Source: the human T2T-CHM13v2.0 reference genome, Homo sapiens. From it: DNA of 64,000 nt. Shown piece after piece: positions 1 through 11,600 of the stretch. Both the position numbers and the translations under genes were made by a program. Location: NCBI RefSeq assembly GCF_009914755.1, contig NC_060940.1; one strand, given 5' to 3'. The notes beneath the pieces were generated by a model, which ran no database searches, was not told the origin of the DNA, and worked only from the letters and a program-made list of their open reading frames with translations. Every line of letters starts with the position of its first letter. The first letter of the stretch is position 1.

Positions 1-92
1 AACTCACAGAGTTTAACCTTTCTTTTCAAAGAGCAGTTAGGAAACACTCTATTTGTAAAGTCTGCAAGTGGATATTCAGACCTCTTTGAGGC

Positions 93-109
93 CTTCGTTG
101 GAAACGGGA
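93..109 (+). promoter_or_regulatory. CENP-B box (first of about 189 in the window, one per ~340 bp dimer; last at 63941)
   Basis: Exact canonical 17-mer CTTCGTTGGAAACGGGA matching NTTCGNNNNANNCGGGN. The count is estimated from spacing: (63941-93)/339.6+1. Confidence 0.97.
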
Positions 110-261
110 TTTCTTCATATTATGCTAGACAGATGAATTCTCAGTAACTTCCTTGTGTTGTGTGTATTCAACTCACAGAGTTGAACGATCCTTTACACAG
201 AGCAGATTTGAAACACTGTTTTTCTGGAATTTGCAAGTGGAGATTTCAGCCGCTTTGAGGT

Positions 262-278
262 CAATGGTAGAAAAGGAA
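262..278 (+). other. A-box (pJalpha-like site) of the A-type monomer, alternating with CENP-B boxes throughout
   Basis: CAATGGTAGAAAAGGAA sits at the monomer position equivalent to the CENP-B box, 169 bp after the box at 93. It resembles the A-type consensus CTAYGGTGRAAAAGGAA. Protein binding cannot be shown from sequence. Confidence 0.7.
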
Positions 279-432
279 ATATCTTCGTATAAAAACTAGA
301 CAGAATGATTCTCAGAAACTCCTTTGTGATGTGTGCGTTCAACTCACAGAGTTTAACCTTTCTTTTCACAGAGCAGTTAGGAAACACTCTGTTTGTGAAG
401 CCTGCCAGTGGATATTCGGACCTCTTTGAGGC

Positions 433-449
433 CTTCGTTGGAAACGGGA
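433..449 (+). promoter_or_regulatory. CENP-B box
   Basis: CTTCGTTGGAAACGGGA, 340 bp after the first box. Confidence 0.97.
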
Positions 450-772
450 TTTCTTCATATTATGCTAGACAGAAGATTTCTCAGTAACTTCTTTGTGTTG
501 TGTGTATGCAACTCACAGAGTTCAACCTTCCTTTAGACAGAGCAGATTTGAAACACTCTTTTTGTGGAATTTGCAAGTGGAGATTTCAAGCGCTTCGATG
601 CCAATGGTAGAAAAGGAAATATCTTCGTATAAAAACAAGACAAACTCGTTCCCAGACACTGCGTAGTGATGTGTGTGTTTAACTCATAGAGTTTAACCTT
701 TCTTTTCATACAGCATTCTGGAAACCCTCTGTTTGTAAAGTCTGCAAGTGGATATTTGGACCTCTTAGATGC

Positions 773-789
773 CTTCGTTGGAAACGGGA
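773..789 (+). promoter_or_regulatory. CENP-B box
   Basis: CTTCGTTGGAAACGGGA, preceded by the monomer-specific CTCTTAGATGC. Confidence 0.97.
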
Positions 790-1111
790 TTTCTTCATAT
801 AATGCTAGAGGGAAGAATTCTTAGTAACTTCTTTGTGTTGTGTGTATTCAACTGACAGAGTTGAACCTTCCTTTAGACAGAGCAGATTTGAAAGTCTCTT
901 TTTGTGGAATTTGCAAGTGGAGATTTCAAGCGCTTTGAGGCCAAAAGCAGAAAAGGAAATATTTTCCTATAAAAACTAGACAGAATCATTCTCAGAAACT
1001 GCTCTGTGATGTGTGTGTTCAACTCACAGAGTTTAACTTTCTTTTCATTCAGCAGTTTGGAAACACTCTGTTTGGAAAGTCTGCACGTGGATATTTTGAC
1101 CTCTTTGAGGC

Positions 1112-1128
1112 CTTCGTTGGAAACGGGT
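1112..1128 (+). promoter_or_regulatory. CENP-B box (GGGT form followed by a T7 run)
   Basis: CTTCGTTGGAAACGGGT; all nine core binding positions are retained. Confidence 0.95.
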
Positions 1129-1451
1129 TTTTTTCATGTAAGGCTAGACAGAAGAAATCTCAGTAACTTCCTTGTGTTGTGTGTATTCAACTGACAGAGT
1201 TGAACCTTCCTTTAGACAGAGCAGATTCGAAACACTCTTTTTCTGCAATTTGCAAGTGGAGACTTCAAGCGCTTTGAGGCCAAAGGCAGAAAAGGAAATA
1301 TCTTCGTATAAAAACCCGACAGAATCATTCTCAGAAACTGCTCTGTGATGTGTGCGTTCAACTCACAGAGTTTAACTTTTCTTTTCATTCAGCAGTTTGG
1401 AAACACTCTGTTTGTAAAGTCTGCAAGTGGATATCTTGGCCTCTTAGAGGC

Positions 1452-1468
1452 CTTCGTTGGAAACGGGT
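1452..1468 (+). promoter_or_regulatory. CENP-B box (GGGT form followed by a T6 run)
   Basis: CTTCGTTGGAAACGGGT; core positions are retained. Confidence 0.95.
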
Positions 1469-4400
1469 TTTTTCATGTAAGGTTAGACAGAGGAATTCCC
1501 AGTAACTTCCTTGTGTTGTGTGCATTCAACTCACAGAGTTGAATGATTCTTTACACAGAGCAGATTTGAGACACTCTTTTGGTGGAATTTGTAAGTGGAG
1601 AATTCAGCCGCTTTGAGGTCAACGGTAGAAAAGGAAATATCTTCGTATAAAAACTAGACAGAATGATTCTCAGAAACTGTTTTGTGATGTGTGCGTTCAA
1701 CTCACAGAGTTTAACCTTTCTTTTCAAAGAGCAGTTAGGAAACACTCTGTTTGTAAAGTCTGCAAGTGGATATTCAGACCTCTTTGAGGCCTTCGTTGGA
1801 AACGGGATTTCTTCATATTATGCTAGACAGATGAATTCTCAGTAACTTCCTTGTGTTGTGTGTATTCAACTCACAGAGTTGAACGATCCTTTACACAGAG
1901 CAGATTTGAAACACTGTTTTTCTGGAATTTGCAAGTGGAGATTTCAGCCGCTTTGAGGTCAATGGTAGAAAAAGAAATATCTTCGTATAAAAACTAGACA
2001 GAATGATTCTCAGAAACTCCTTTGTGATGTGTGCGTTCAACTCACAGAGTTTAACCTTTCTTTTCACAGAGCAGTTAGGAAACACTCTGTTTGTGAAGCC
2101 TGCCAGTGGATATTCGGACCTCTTTGAGGCCTTCGTTGGAAACGGGATTTCTTCATATTATGCTAGACAGAAGATTTCTCAGTAACTTCTTTGTGTTGTG
2201 TGTATGCAACTCACAGAGTTCAACCTTCCTTTAGACAGAGCAGATTTGAAACACTCTTTTTGTGGAATTTGCAAGTGGAGATTTCAAGCGCTTCGATGCC
2301 AATGGTAGAAAAGGAAATATCTTCGTATAAAAACAAGACAAACTCGTTCCCAGACACTGCGTAGTGATGTGTGTGTTTAACTCACAGAGTTTAACCTTTC
2401 TTTTCATACAGCATTCTGGAAACCCTCTGTTTGTAAAGTCTGCAAGTGGATATTTGGACCTCTTAGATGCCTTCGTTGGAAACGGGATTTCTTCATATAA
2501 TGCTAGAGGGAAGAATTCTTAGTAACTTCTTTGTGTTGTGTGTATTCAACTGACAGAGTTGAACCTTCCTTTAGACAGAGCAGATTTGAAAGTCTCTTTT
2601 TGTGGAATTTGCAAGTGGAGATTTCAAGCGCTTTGAGGCCAAAAGCAGAAAAGGAAATATTTTCCTATAAAAACTAGACAGAATCATTCTCAGAAACTGC
2701 TCTGGGATGTGTGCGTTCAACTCACAGAGTTTAACTTTTCTTTTCATTCAGCAGTTTGGAAACACTCTGTTTGGAAAGTCTGCACGTGGATATTTTGACC
2801 TCTTTGAGGCCTTCGTTGGAAACGGGTTTTTTTCATGTAACGCTAGACAGAAGAAATCTCAGTAACTTCCTTGTGTTGTGTGTATTCAACTGACAGAGTT
2901 GAACCTTCCTTTAGACAGAGCAGATTCGAAACACTCTTTTTCTGCAATTTGCAAGTGGAGACTTCAAGCGCTTTGAGGCCAAAGGCAGAAAAGGAAATAT
3001 CTTCGTATAAAAACCCGACAGAATCATTCTCAGAAACTGCTCTGTGATGTGTGCGTTCAACTCACAGAGTTTAACTTTTCTTTTCATTCAGCAGTTTGGA
3101 AACACTCTATTTGTAAAGTCTGCAAGTGGATATCTTGGCCTCTTAGAGGCCTTCGTTGGAAACGGGTTTTTTCATGTAAGGTTAGACAGAGGAATTCCCA
3201 GTAACTTCCTTGTGTTGTGTGCATTCAACTCACAGAGTTGAATGATTCTTTACACAGAGCAGATTTGAGACACTCTTTTGGTGGAATTTGTAAGTGGAGA
3301 ATTCAGCTGCTTTGAGGTCAACGGTAGAAAAGGAAATATCTTCGTATAAAAACTAGACAGAATGATTCTCAGAAACTGTTTTGTGATGTGTGCGTTCAAC
3401 TCACAGAGTTTAACCTTTCTTTTCAAAGAGCAGTTAGGAAACACTCTGTTTGTAATGTCTGCAAGTGGATATTCAGACCTCTTTGAGGCCTTCGTTGGAA
3501 ACGGGATTTCTTCATATTATGCTAGACAGATGAATTCTCAGTAACTTCCTTGTGTTGTGTGTATTCAACTCACAGAGTTGAACGATCCTTTACACAGAGC
3601 AGATTTGAAACACTGTTTTTCTGGAATTTGCAAGTGGAGATTTCAGCCGCTTTGAGGTCAATGGTAGAAAAGGAAATATCTTCGTATAAAAACTAGACAG
3701 AATGATTCTCAGAAACTCCTTTGTGATGTGTGCGTTCAACTCACAGAGTTTAACCTTTCTTTTCACAGAGCAGTTAGGAAACACTCTGTTTGTGAAGCCT
3801 GCCAGTGGATATTCGGACCTCTTTGAGGCCTTCGTTGGAAACGGGATTTCTTCATATTATGCTAGACAGAAGATTTCTCAGTAACTTCTTTGTGTTGTGT
3901 GTATGCAACTCACAGAGTTCAACCTTCCTTTAGACAGAGCAGATTTGAAACACTCTTTTTGTGGAATTTGCAAGTGGAGATTTCAAGCGCTTCGATGCCA
4001 ATGGTAGAAAAGGAAATATCCTCGTATAAAAACAAGACAAACTCGTTCCCAGACACTGCGTAGTGATGTGTGTGTTTAACTCACAGAGTTTAACCTTTCT
4101 TTTCATACAGCATTCTGGAAACCCTCTGTTTGTAAAGTCTGCAAGTGGATATTTGGACCTCTTAGATGCCTTCGTTGGAAACGGGATTTCTTCATATAAT
4201 GCTAGAGGGAAGAATTCTTAGTAACTTCTTTGTGTTGTGTGTATTCAACTGACAGAGTTGAACCTTCCTTTAGACAGAGCAGATTTGAAAGTCTCTTTTT
4301 GTGGAATTTGCAAGTGGAGATTTCAAGCGCTTTGAGGCCAAAAGCAGAAAAGGAAATATTTTCCTATAAAAACTAGACAGAATCATTCTCAGAAACTGCT

Positions 4401-5287
4401 CTGTGATGTGTGTGTTCAACTCACAGAGTTTAACTTTCTTTTCATTCAGCAGTTTGGAAACACTCTGTTTGGAAAGTCTGCACGTGGATATTTTGACCTC
4501 TTTGAGGCCTTCGTTGGAAACGGGTTTTTTTCATGTAACACTAGACAGAAGAAATCTCAGTAACTTCCTTGTGTTGTGTGTATTCAACTGACAGAGTTGA
4601 ACCTTCCTTTAGACAGAGCAGATTCGAAACACTCTTTTTCTGCAATTTGCAAGTGGAGACTTCAAGCGCTTTGAGGCCAAAGGCAGAAAAGGAAATATCT
4701 TCGTATAAAAACCCGACAGAATCATTCTCAGAAACTGCTCTGTGATGTGTGCGTTCAACTCACAGAGTTTAACTTTTCTTTTCATTCAGCAGTTTGGAAA
4801 CACTCTGTTTGTAAAGTCTGCAAGTGGATATCTTGGCCTCTTAGAGGCCTTCGTTGGAAACGGGTTTTTTCATGTAAGGTTAGACAGAGGAATTCCCAGT
4901 AACTTCCTTGTGTTGTGTGCATTCAACTCACAGAGTTGAATGATTCTTTACACAGAGCAGATTTGAGACACTCTTTTGGTGGAATTTGTAAGTGGAGAAT
5001 TCAGCCGCTTTGAGGTCAACGGTAGAAAAGGAAATATCTTCGTATAAAAACTAGACAGAATGATTCTCAGAAACTGTTTTGTGATGTGTGCGTTCAACTC
5101 ACAGAGTTTAACCTTTCTTTTCAAAGAGCAGTTAGGAAACACTCTGTTTGTAAAGTCTGCAAGTGGATATTCAGACCTCTTTGAGGCCTTCGTTGGAAAC
5201 GGGATTTCTTCATATTATGCTAGACAGATGAATTCTCAGTAACTTCCTTGTGTTGTGTGTATTCAACTCACAGAGTTGAACGATCCT

Positions 5288-8200
5288 TTACACAGAGCAG
5301 ATTTGAAACACTGTTTTTCTGGAATTTGCAAGTGGAGATTTCAGCCGCTTTGAGGTCAATGGTAGAAAAAGAAATATCTTCGTATAAAAACTAGACAGAA
5401 TGATTCTCAGAAACTCCTTTGTGATGTGTGCGTTCAACTCACAGAGTTTAACCTTTCTTTTCACAGAGCAGTTAGGAAACACTGTTTGTGAAGCCTGCCA
5501 GTGGATATTCGGACCTCTTTGAGGCCTTCGTTGGAAACGGGATTTCTTCATATTATGCTAGACAGAAGATTTCTCAGTAACTTCTTTGTGTTGTGTGTAT
5601 GCAACTCACAGAGTTCAACCTTCCTTTAGACAGAGCAGATTTGAAACACTCTTTTTGTGGAATTTGCAAGTGGAGATTTCAAGCGCTTCGATGCCAATGG
5701 TAGAAAAGGAAATATCTTCGTATAAAAACAAGACAAACTCGTTCCCAGACACTGCGTAGTGATGTGTGTGTTTAACTCACAGAGTTTCACCTTTCTTTTC
5801 ATACAGCATTCTGGAAACCCTCTGTTTGTAAAGTCTGCAAGTGGATATTTGGACCTCTTAGATGCCTTCGTTGGAAACGGGATTTCTTCATATAATGCTA
5901 GAGGGAAGAATTCTTAGTAACTTCTTTGTGTTGTGTGTATTCAACTGACAGAGTTGAACCTTCCTTTAGACAGAGCAGATTTGAAAGTCTCTTTTTGTGG
6001 AATTTGCAAGTGGAGATTTCAAGCGCTTTGAGGCCAAAAGCAGAAAAGGAAATGTTTTCCTATAAAAACTAGACAGAATCTTTCTCAGAAACTGCTCTGG
6101 GATGTGTGCGTTCAACTCACAGAGTTTAACTTTTCTTTTCATTCAGCAGTTTGGAAACACTCTGTTTGGAAAGTCTGCACGTGGATATTTTGACCTCTTT
6201 GAGGCCTTCGTTGGAAACGGGTTTTTTTCATGTAAGGCTAGACAGAAGAAATCTCAGTAACTTCCTTGTGTTGTGTGTATTCAACTGACAGAGTTGAACC
6301 TTCTTTTAGACAGAGCAGATTCGAAACACTCTTTTTCTGCAATTTGCAAGTGGAGACTTCAAGCGCTTTGAGGCCAAAGGCAGAAAAGGAAATATCTTCG
6401 TATAAAAACCCGACAGAATCATTCTCAGAAACTGCTCTGTGATGTGTGCGTTCAACTCACAGAGTTTAACTTTTCTTTTCATTCAGCAGTTTGGAAACAC
6501 TCTGTTTGTAAAGTCTGCAAGTGGATATCTTGGCCTCTTAGAGGCCTTCGTTGGAAACGGGTTTTTTCATGTAAGGTTAGACAGAGGAATTCCCAGTAAC
6601 TTCCTTGTGTTGTGTGCATTCAACTCACAGAGTTGAATGATTCTTTACACAGAGCAGATTTGAGACACTCTTTTGGTGGAATTTGTAAGTGGAGAATTCA
6701 GCCGCTTTGAGGTCAACGGTAGAAAAGGAAATATCTTCGTATAAAAACTAGACAGAATGATTCTCAGAAACTGTTTTGTGATGTGTGCGTTCAACTCACA
6801 GAGTTTAACCTTTCTTTTCAAAGAGCAGTTAGGAAACACTCTGTTTGTAAAGTCTGCAAGTGGATATTCAGACCTCTTTGAGGCCTTCGTTGGAAACGGG
6901 ATTTCTTCATATTATGCTAGACAGATGAATTCTCAGTAACTTCCTTGTGTTGTGTGTATTCAACTCACAGAGTTGAACGATCCTTTACACAGAGCAGATT
7001 TGAAACACTGTTTTTCTGGAATTTGCAAGTGGAGATTTCAGCCGCTTTGAGGTCAATGGTAGAAAAAGAAATATCTTCGTATAAAAACTAGACAGAATGA
7101 TTCTCAGAAACTCCTTTGTGATGTGTGCGTTCAACTCACAGAGTTTAACCTTTCTTTTCACAGAGCAGTTAGGAAACACTGTTTGTGAAGCCTGCCAGTG
7201 GATATTCGGACCTCTTTGAGGCCTTCGTTGGAAACGGGATTTCTTCATATTATGCTAGACAGAAGATTTCTCAGTAACTTCTTTGTGTTGTGTGTATGCA
7301 ACTCACAGAGTTCAACCTTCCTTTAGACAGAGCAGATTTGAAACACTCTTTTTGTGGAATTTGCAAGTGGAGATTTCAAGCGCTTCGATGCCAATGGTAG
7401 AAAAGGAAATATCTTCGTATAAAAACAAGACAAACTCGTTCCCAGACACTGCGTAGTGATGTGTGTGTTTAACTCACAGAGTTTCACCTTTCTTTTCATA
7501 CAGCATTCTGGAAACCCTCTGTTTGTAAAGTCTGCAAGTGGATATTTGGACCTCTTAGATGCCTTCGTTGGAAACGGGATTTCTTCATATAATGCTAGAG
7601 GGAAGAATTCTTAGTAACTTCTTTGTGTTGTGTGTATTCAACTGACAGAGTTGAACCTTCCTTTAGACAGAGCAGATTTGAAAGTCTCTTTTTGTGGAAT
7701 TTGCAAGTGGAGATTTCAAGCGCTTTGAGGCCAAAAGCAGAAAAGGAAATGTTTTCCTATAAAAACTAGACAGAATCTTTCTCAGAAACTGCTCTGGGAT
7801 GTGTGCGTTCAACTCACAGAGTTTAACTTTTCTTTTCATTCAGCAGTTTGGAAACACTCTGTTTGGAAAGTCTGCACGTGGATATTTTGACCTCTTTGAG
7901 GCCTTCGTTGGAAACGGGTTTTTTTCATGTAAGGCTAGACAGAAGAAATCTCAGTAACTTCCTTGTGTTGTGTGTATTCAACTGACAGAGTTGAACCTTC
8001 TTTTAGACAGAGCAGATTCGAAACACTCTTTTTCTGCAATTTGCAAGTGGAGACTTCAAGCGCTTTGAGGCCAAAGGCAGAAAAGGAAATATCTTCGTAT
8101 AAAAACCCGACAGAATCATTCTCAGAAACTGCTCTGTGATGTGTGCGTTCAACTCACAGAGTTTAACTTTTCTTTTCATTCAGCAGTTTGGAAACACTCT

Positions 8201-8681
8201 GTTTGTAAAGTCTGCAAGTGGATATCTTGGCCTCTTAGAGGCCTTCGTTGGAAACGGGTTTTTTCATGTAAGGTTAGACAGAGGAATTCCCAGTAACTTC
8301 CTTGTGTTGTGTGCATTCAACTCACAGAGTTGAATGATTCTTTACACAGAGCAGATTTGAGACACTCTTTTGGTGGAATTTGTAAGTGGAGAATTCAGCC
8401 GCTTTGAGGTCAACGGTAGAAAAGGAAATATCTTCGTATAAAAACTAGACAGAATGATTCTCAGAAACTGTTTTGTGATGTGTGCGTTCAACTCACAGAG
8501 TTTAACCTTTCTTTTCAAAGAGCAGTTAGGAAACACTCTGTTTGTAAAGTCTGCAAGTGGATATTCAGACCTCTTTGAGGCCTTCGTTGGAAACGGGATT
8601 TCTTCATATTATACTAGACAGATGAATTCTCAGTAACTTCCTTGTGTTGTGTGTATTCAACTCACAGAGTTGAACGATCCT
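5288..8681 (+). repeat. Tandem duplication of a single 1697 bp variant HOR (U4/U5)
   Basis: Both units carry the CT deletion, TTTCACC, AAATGTTT, AATCTTTC, CTGGGAT and CTTCTTTTAG. The only difference seen is G>A at 8613. Confidence 0.85.
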
Positions 8682-11600
8682 TTACACAGAGCAGATTTGA
8701 AACACTGTTTTTCTGGAATTTGCAAGTGGAGATTTCAGCCGCTTTGAGGTCAATGGTAGAAAAGGAAATATCTTCGTATAAAAACTAGACAGAATGATTC
8801 TCAGAAACTCCTTTGTGATGTGTGCGTTCAACTCACAGAGTTTAACCTTTCTTTTCACAGAGCAGTTAGGAAACACTCTGTTTGTGAAGCCTGCCAGTGG
8901 ATATTCGGACCTCTTTGAGGCCTTCGTTGGAAACGGGATTTCTTCATATTATGCTAGACAGAAGATTTCTCAGTAACTTCTTTGTGTTGTGTGTATGCAA
9001 CTCACAGAGTTCAACCTTCCTTTAGACAGAGCAGATTTGAAACACTCTTTTTGTGGAATTTGCAAGTGGAGATTTCAAGCGCTTCGATGCCAATGGTAGA
9101 AAAGGAAATATCTTCGTATAAAAACAAGACAAACTCGTTCCCAGACACTGCGTAGTGATGTGTGTGTTTAACTCACAGAGTTTAACCTTTCTTTTCATAC
9201 AGCATTCTGGAAACCCTCTGTTTGTAAAGTCTGCAAGTGGATATTTGGACCTCTTAGATGCCTTCGTTGGAAACGGGATTTCTTCATATAATGCTAGAGG
9301 GAAGAATTCTTAGTAACTTCTTTGTGTTGTGTGTATTCAACTGACAGAGTTGAACCTTCCTTTAGACAGAGCAGATTTGAAAGTCTCTTTTTGTGGAATT
9401 TGCAAGTGGAGATTTCAAGCGCTTTGAGGCCAAAAGCAGAAAAGGAAATATTTTCCTATAAAAACTAGACAGAATCATTCTCAGAAACTGCTCTGTGATG
9501 TGTGTGTTCAACTCACAGAGTTTAACTTTCTTTTCATTCAGCAGTTTGGAAACACTCTGTTTGGAAAGTCTGCACGTGGATATTTTGACCTCTTTGAGGC
9601 CTTCGTTGGAAACGGGTTTTTTTCATGTAAGGCTAGACAGAAGAAATCTCAGTAACTTCCTTGTGTTGTGTGTATTCAACTGACAGAGTTGAACCTTCCT
9701 TTAGACAGAGCAGATTCGAAACACTCTTTTTCTGCAATTTGCAAGTGGAGACTTCAAGCGCTTTGAGGCCAAAGGCAGAAAAGGAAATATCTTCGTATAA
9801 AAACCCGACAGAATCATTCTCAGAAACTGCTCTGTGATGTGTGCGTTCAACTCACAGAGTTTAACTTTTCTTTTCATTCAGCAGTTTGGAAACACTCTGT
9901 TTGTAAAGTCTGCAAGTGGATATCTTGGCCTCTTAGAGGCCTTCGTTGGAAACGGGTTTTTTCATGTAAGGTTAGACAGAGGAATTCCCAGTAACTTCCT
10001 TGTGTTGTGTGCATTCAACTCACAGAGTTGAATGATTCTTTACACAGAGCAGATTTGAGACACTCTTTTGGTGGAATTTGTTAGTGGAGAATTCAGCCGC
10101 TTTGAGGTCAACGGTAGAAAAGGAAATATCTTCGTATAAAAACTAGACAGAATGATTCTCAGAAACTGTTTTGTGATGTGTGCGTTCAACTCACAGAGTT
10201 TAACCTTTCTTTTCAAAGAGCAGTTAGGAAACACTCTGTTTGTAAAGTCTGCAAGTGGATATTCAGACCTCTTTGAGGCCTTCGTTGGAAACGGGATTTC
10301 TTCATATTATGCTAGACAGATGAATTCTCAGTAACTTCCTTGTGTTGTGTGTATTCAACTCACAGAGTTGAACGATCCTTTACACAGAGCAGATTTGAAA
10401 CACTGTTTTTCTGGAATTTGCAAGTGGAGATTTCAGCCGCTTTGAGGTCAATGGTAGAAAAAGAAATATCTTCGTATAAAAACTAGACAGAATGATTCTC
10501 AGAAACTCCTTTGTGATGTGTGCGTTCAACTCACAGAGTTTAACCTTTCTTTTCACAGAGCAGTTAGGAAACACTCTGTTTGTGAAGCCTGCCAGTGGAT
10601 ATTCGGACCTCTTTGAGGCCTTCGTTGGAAACGGGATTTCTTCATATTATGCTAGACAGAAGATTTCTCAGTAACTTCTTTGTGTTGTGTGTATGCAACT
10701 CACAGAGTTCAACCTTCCTTTAGACAGAGCAGATTTGAAACACTCTTTTTGTGGAATTTGCAAGTGGAGATTTCAAGCGCTTCGATGCCAATGGTAGAAA
10801 AGGAAATATCTTCGTATAAAAACAAGACAAACTCGTTCCCAGACACTGCGTAGTGATGTGTGTGTTTAACTCACAGAGTTTAACCTTTCTTTTCATACAG
10901 CATTCTGGAAACCCTCTGTTTGTAAAGTCTGCAAGTGGATATTTGGACCTCTTAGATGCCTTCGTTGGAAACGGGATTTCTTCATATAATGCTAGAGGGA
11001 AGAATTCTTAGTAACTTCTTTGTGTTGTGTGTATTCAACTGACAGAGTTGAACCTTCCTTTAGACAGAGCAGATTTGAAAGTCTCTTTTTGTGGAATTTG
11101 CAAGTGGAGATTTCAAGCGCTTTGAGGCCAAAAGCAGAAAAGGAAATATTTTCCTATAAAAACTAGACAGAATCATTCTCAGAAACTGCTCTGGGATGTG
11201 TGCGTTCAACTCACAGAGTTTAACTTTTCTTTTCATTCAGCAGTTTGGAAACACTCTGTTTGGAAAGTCTGCACGTGGATATTTTGACCTCTTTGAGGCC
11301 TTCGTTGGAAACGGGTTTTTTTCATGTAACGCTAGACAGAAGAAATCTCAGTAACTTCCTTGTGTTGTGTGTATTCAACTGACAGAGTTGAACCTTCCTT
11401 TAGACAGAGCAGATTCGAAACACTCTTTTTCTGCAATTTGCAAGTGGAGACTTCAAGCGCTTTGAGGCCAAAGGCAGAAAAGGAAATATCTTCGTATAAA
11501 AACCCGACAGAATCATTCTCAGAAACTGCTCTGTGATGTGTGCGTTCAACTCACAGAGTTTAACTTTTCTTTTCATTCAGCAGTTTGGAAACACTCTGTT

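Larger units (their letters stand above)
193..1890 (+). repeat. One representative 10-monomer HOR unit (U1, 1698 bp; arbitrary phase)
   Basis: TTACACAGAGCAGATTTGAAACACTGTTTTTCTGG starts at 193 and recurs at 1891, 3590, 5288, 6985 and onward. Five CENP-B boxes (433, 773, 1112, 1452, 1791) lie within the unit. Confidence 0.95.

Noticed and set aside
1084-1089. CACGTG E-box and other short palindromes (AAGCGCTT, AGGCCT, GAATTC) once or more per HOR
   Set aside because: Six- to eight-base palindromes are expected by chance and are multiplied by the repeat; the sequence gives no support for a regulatory role.
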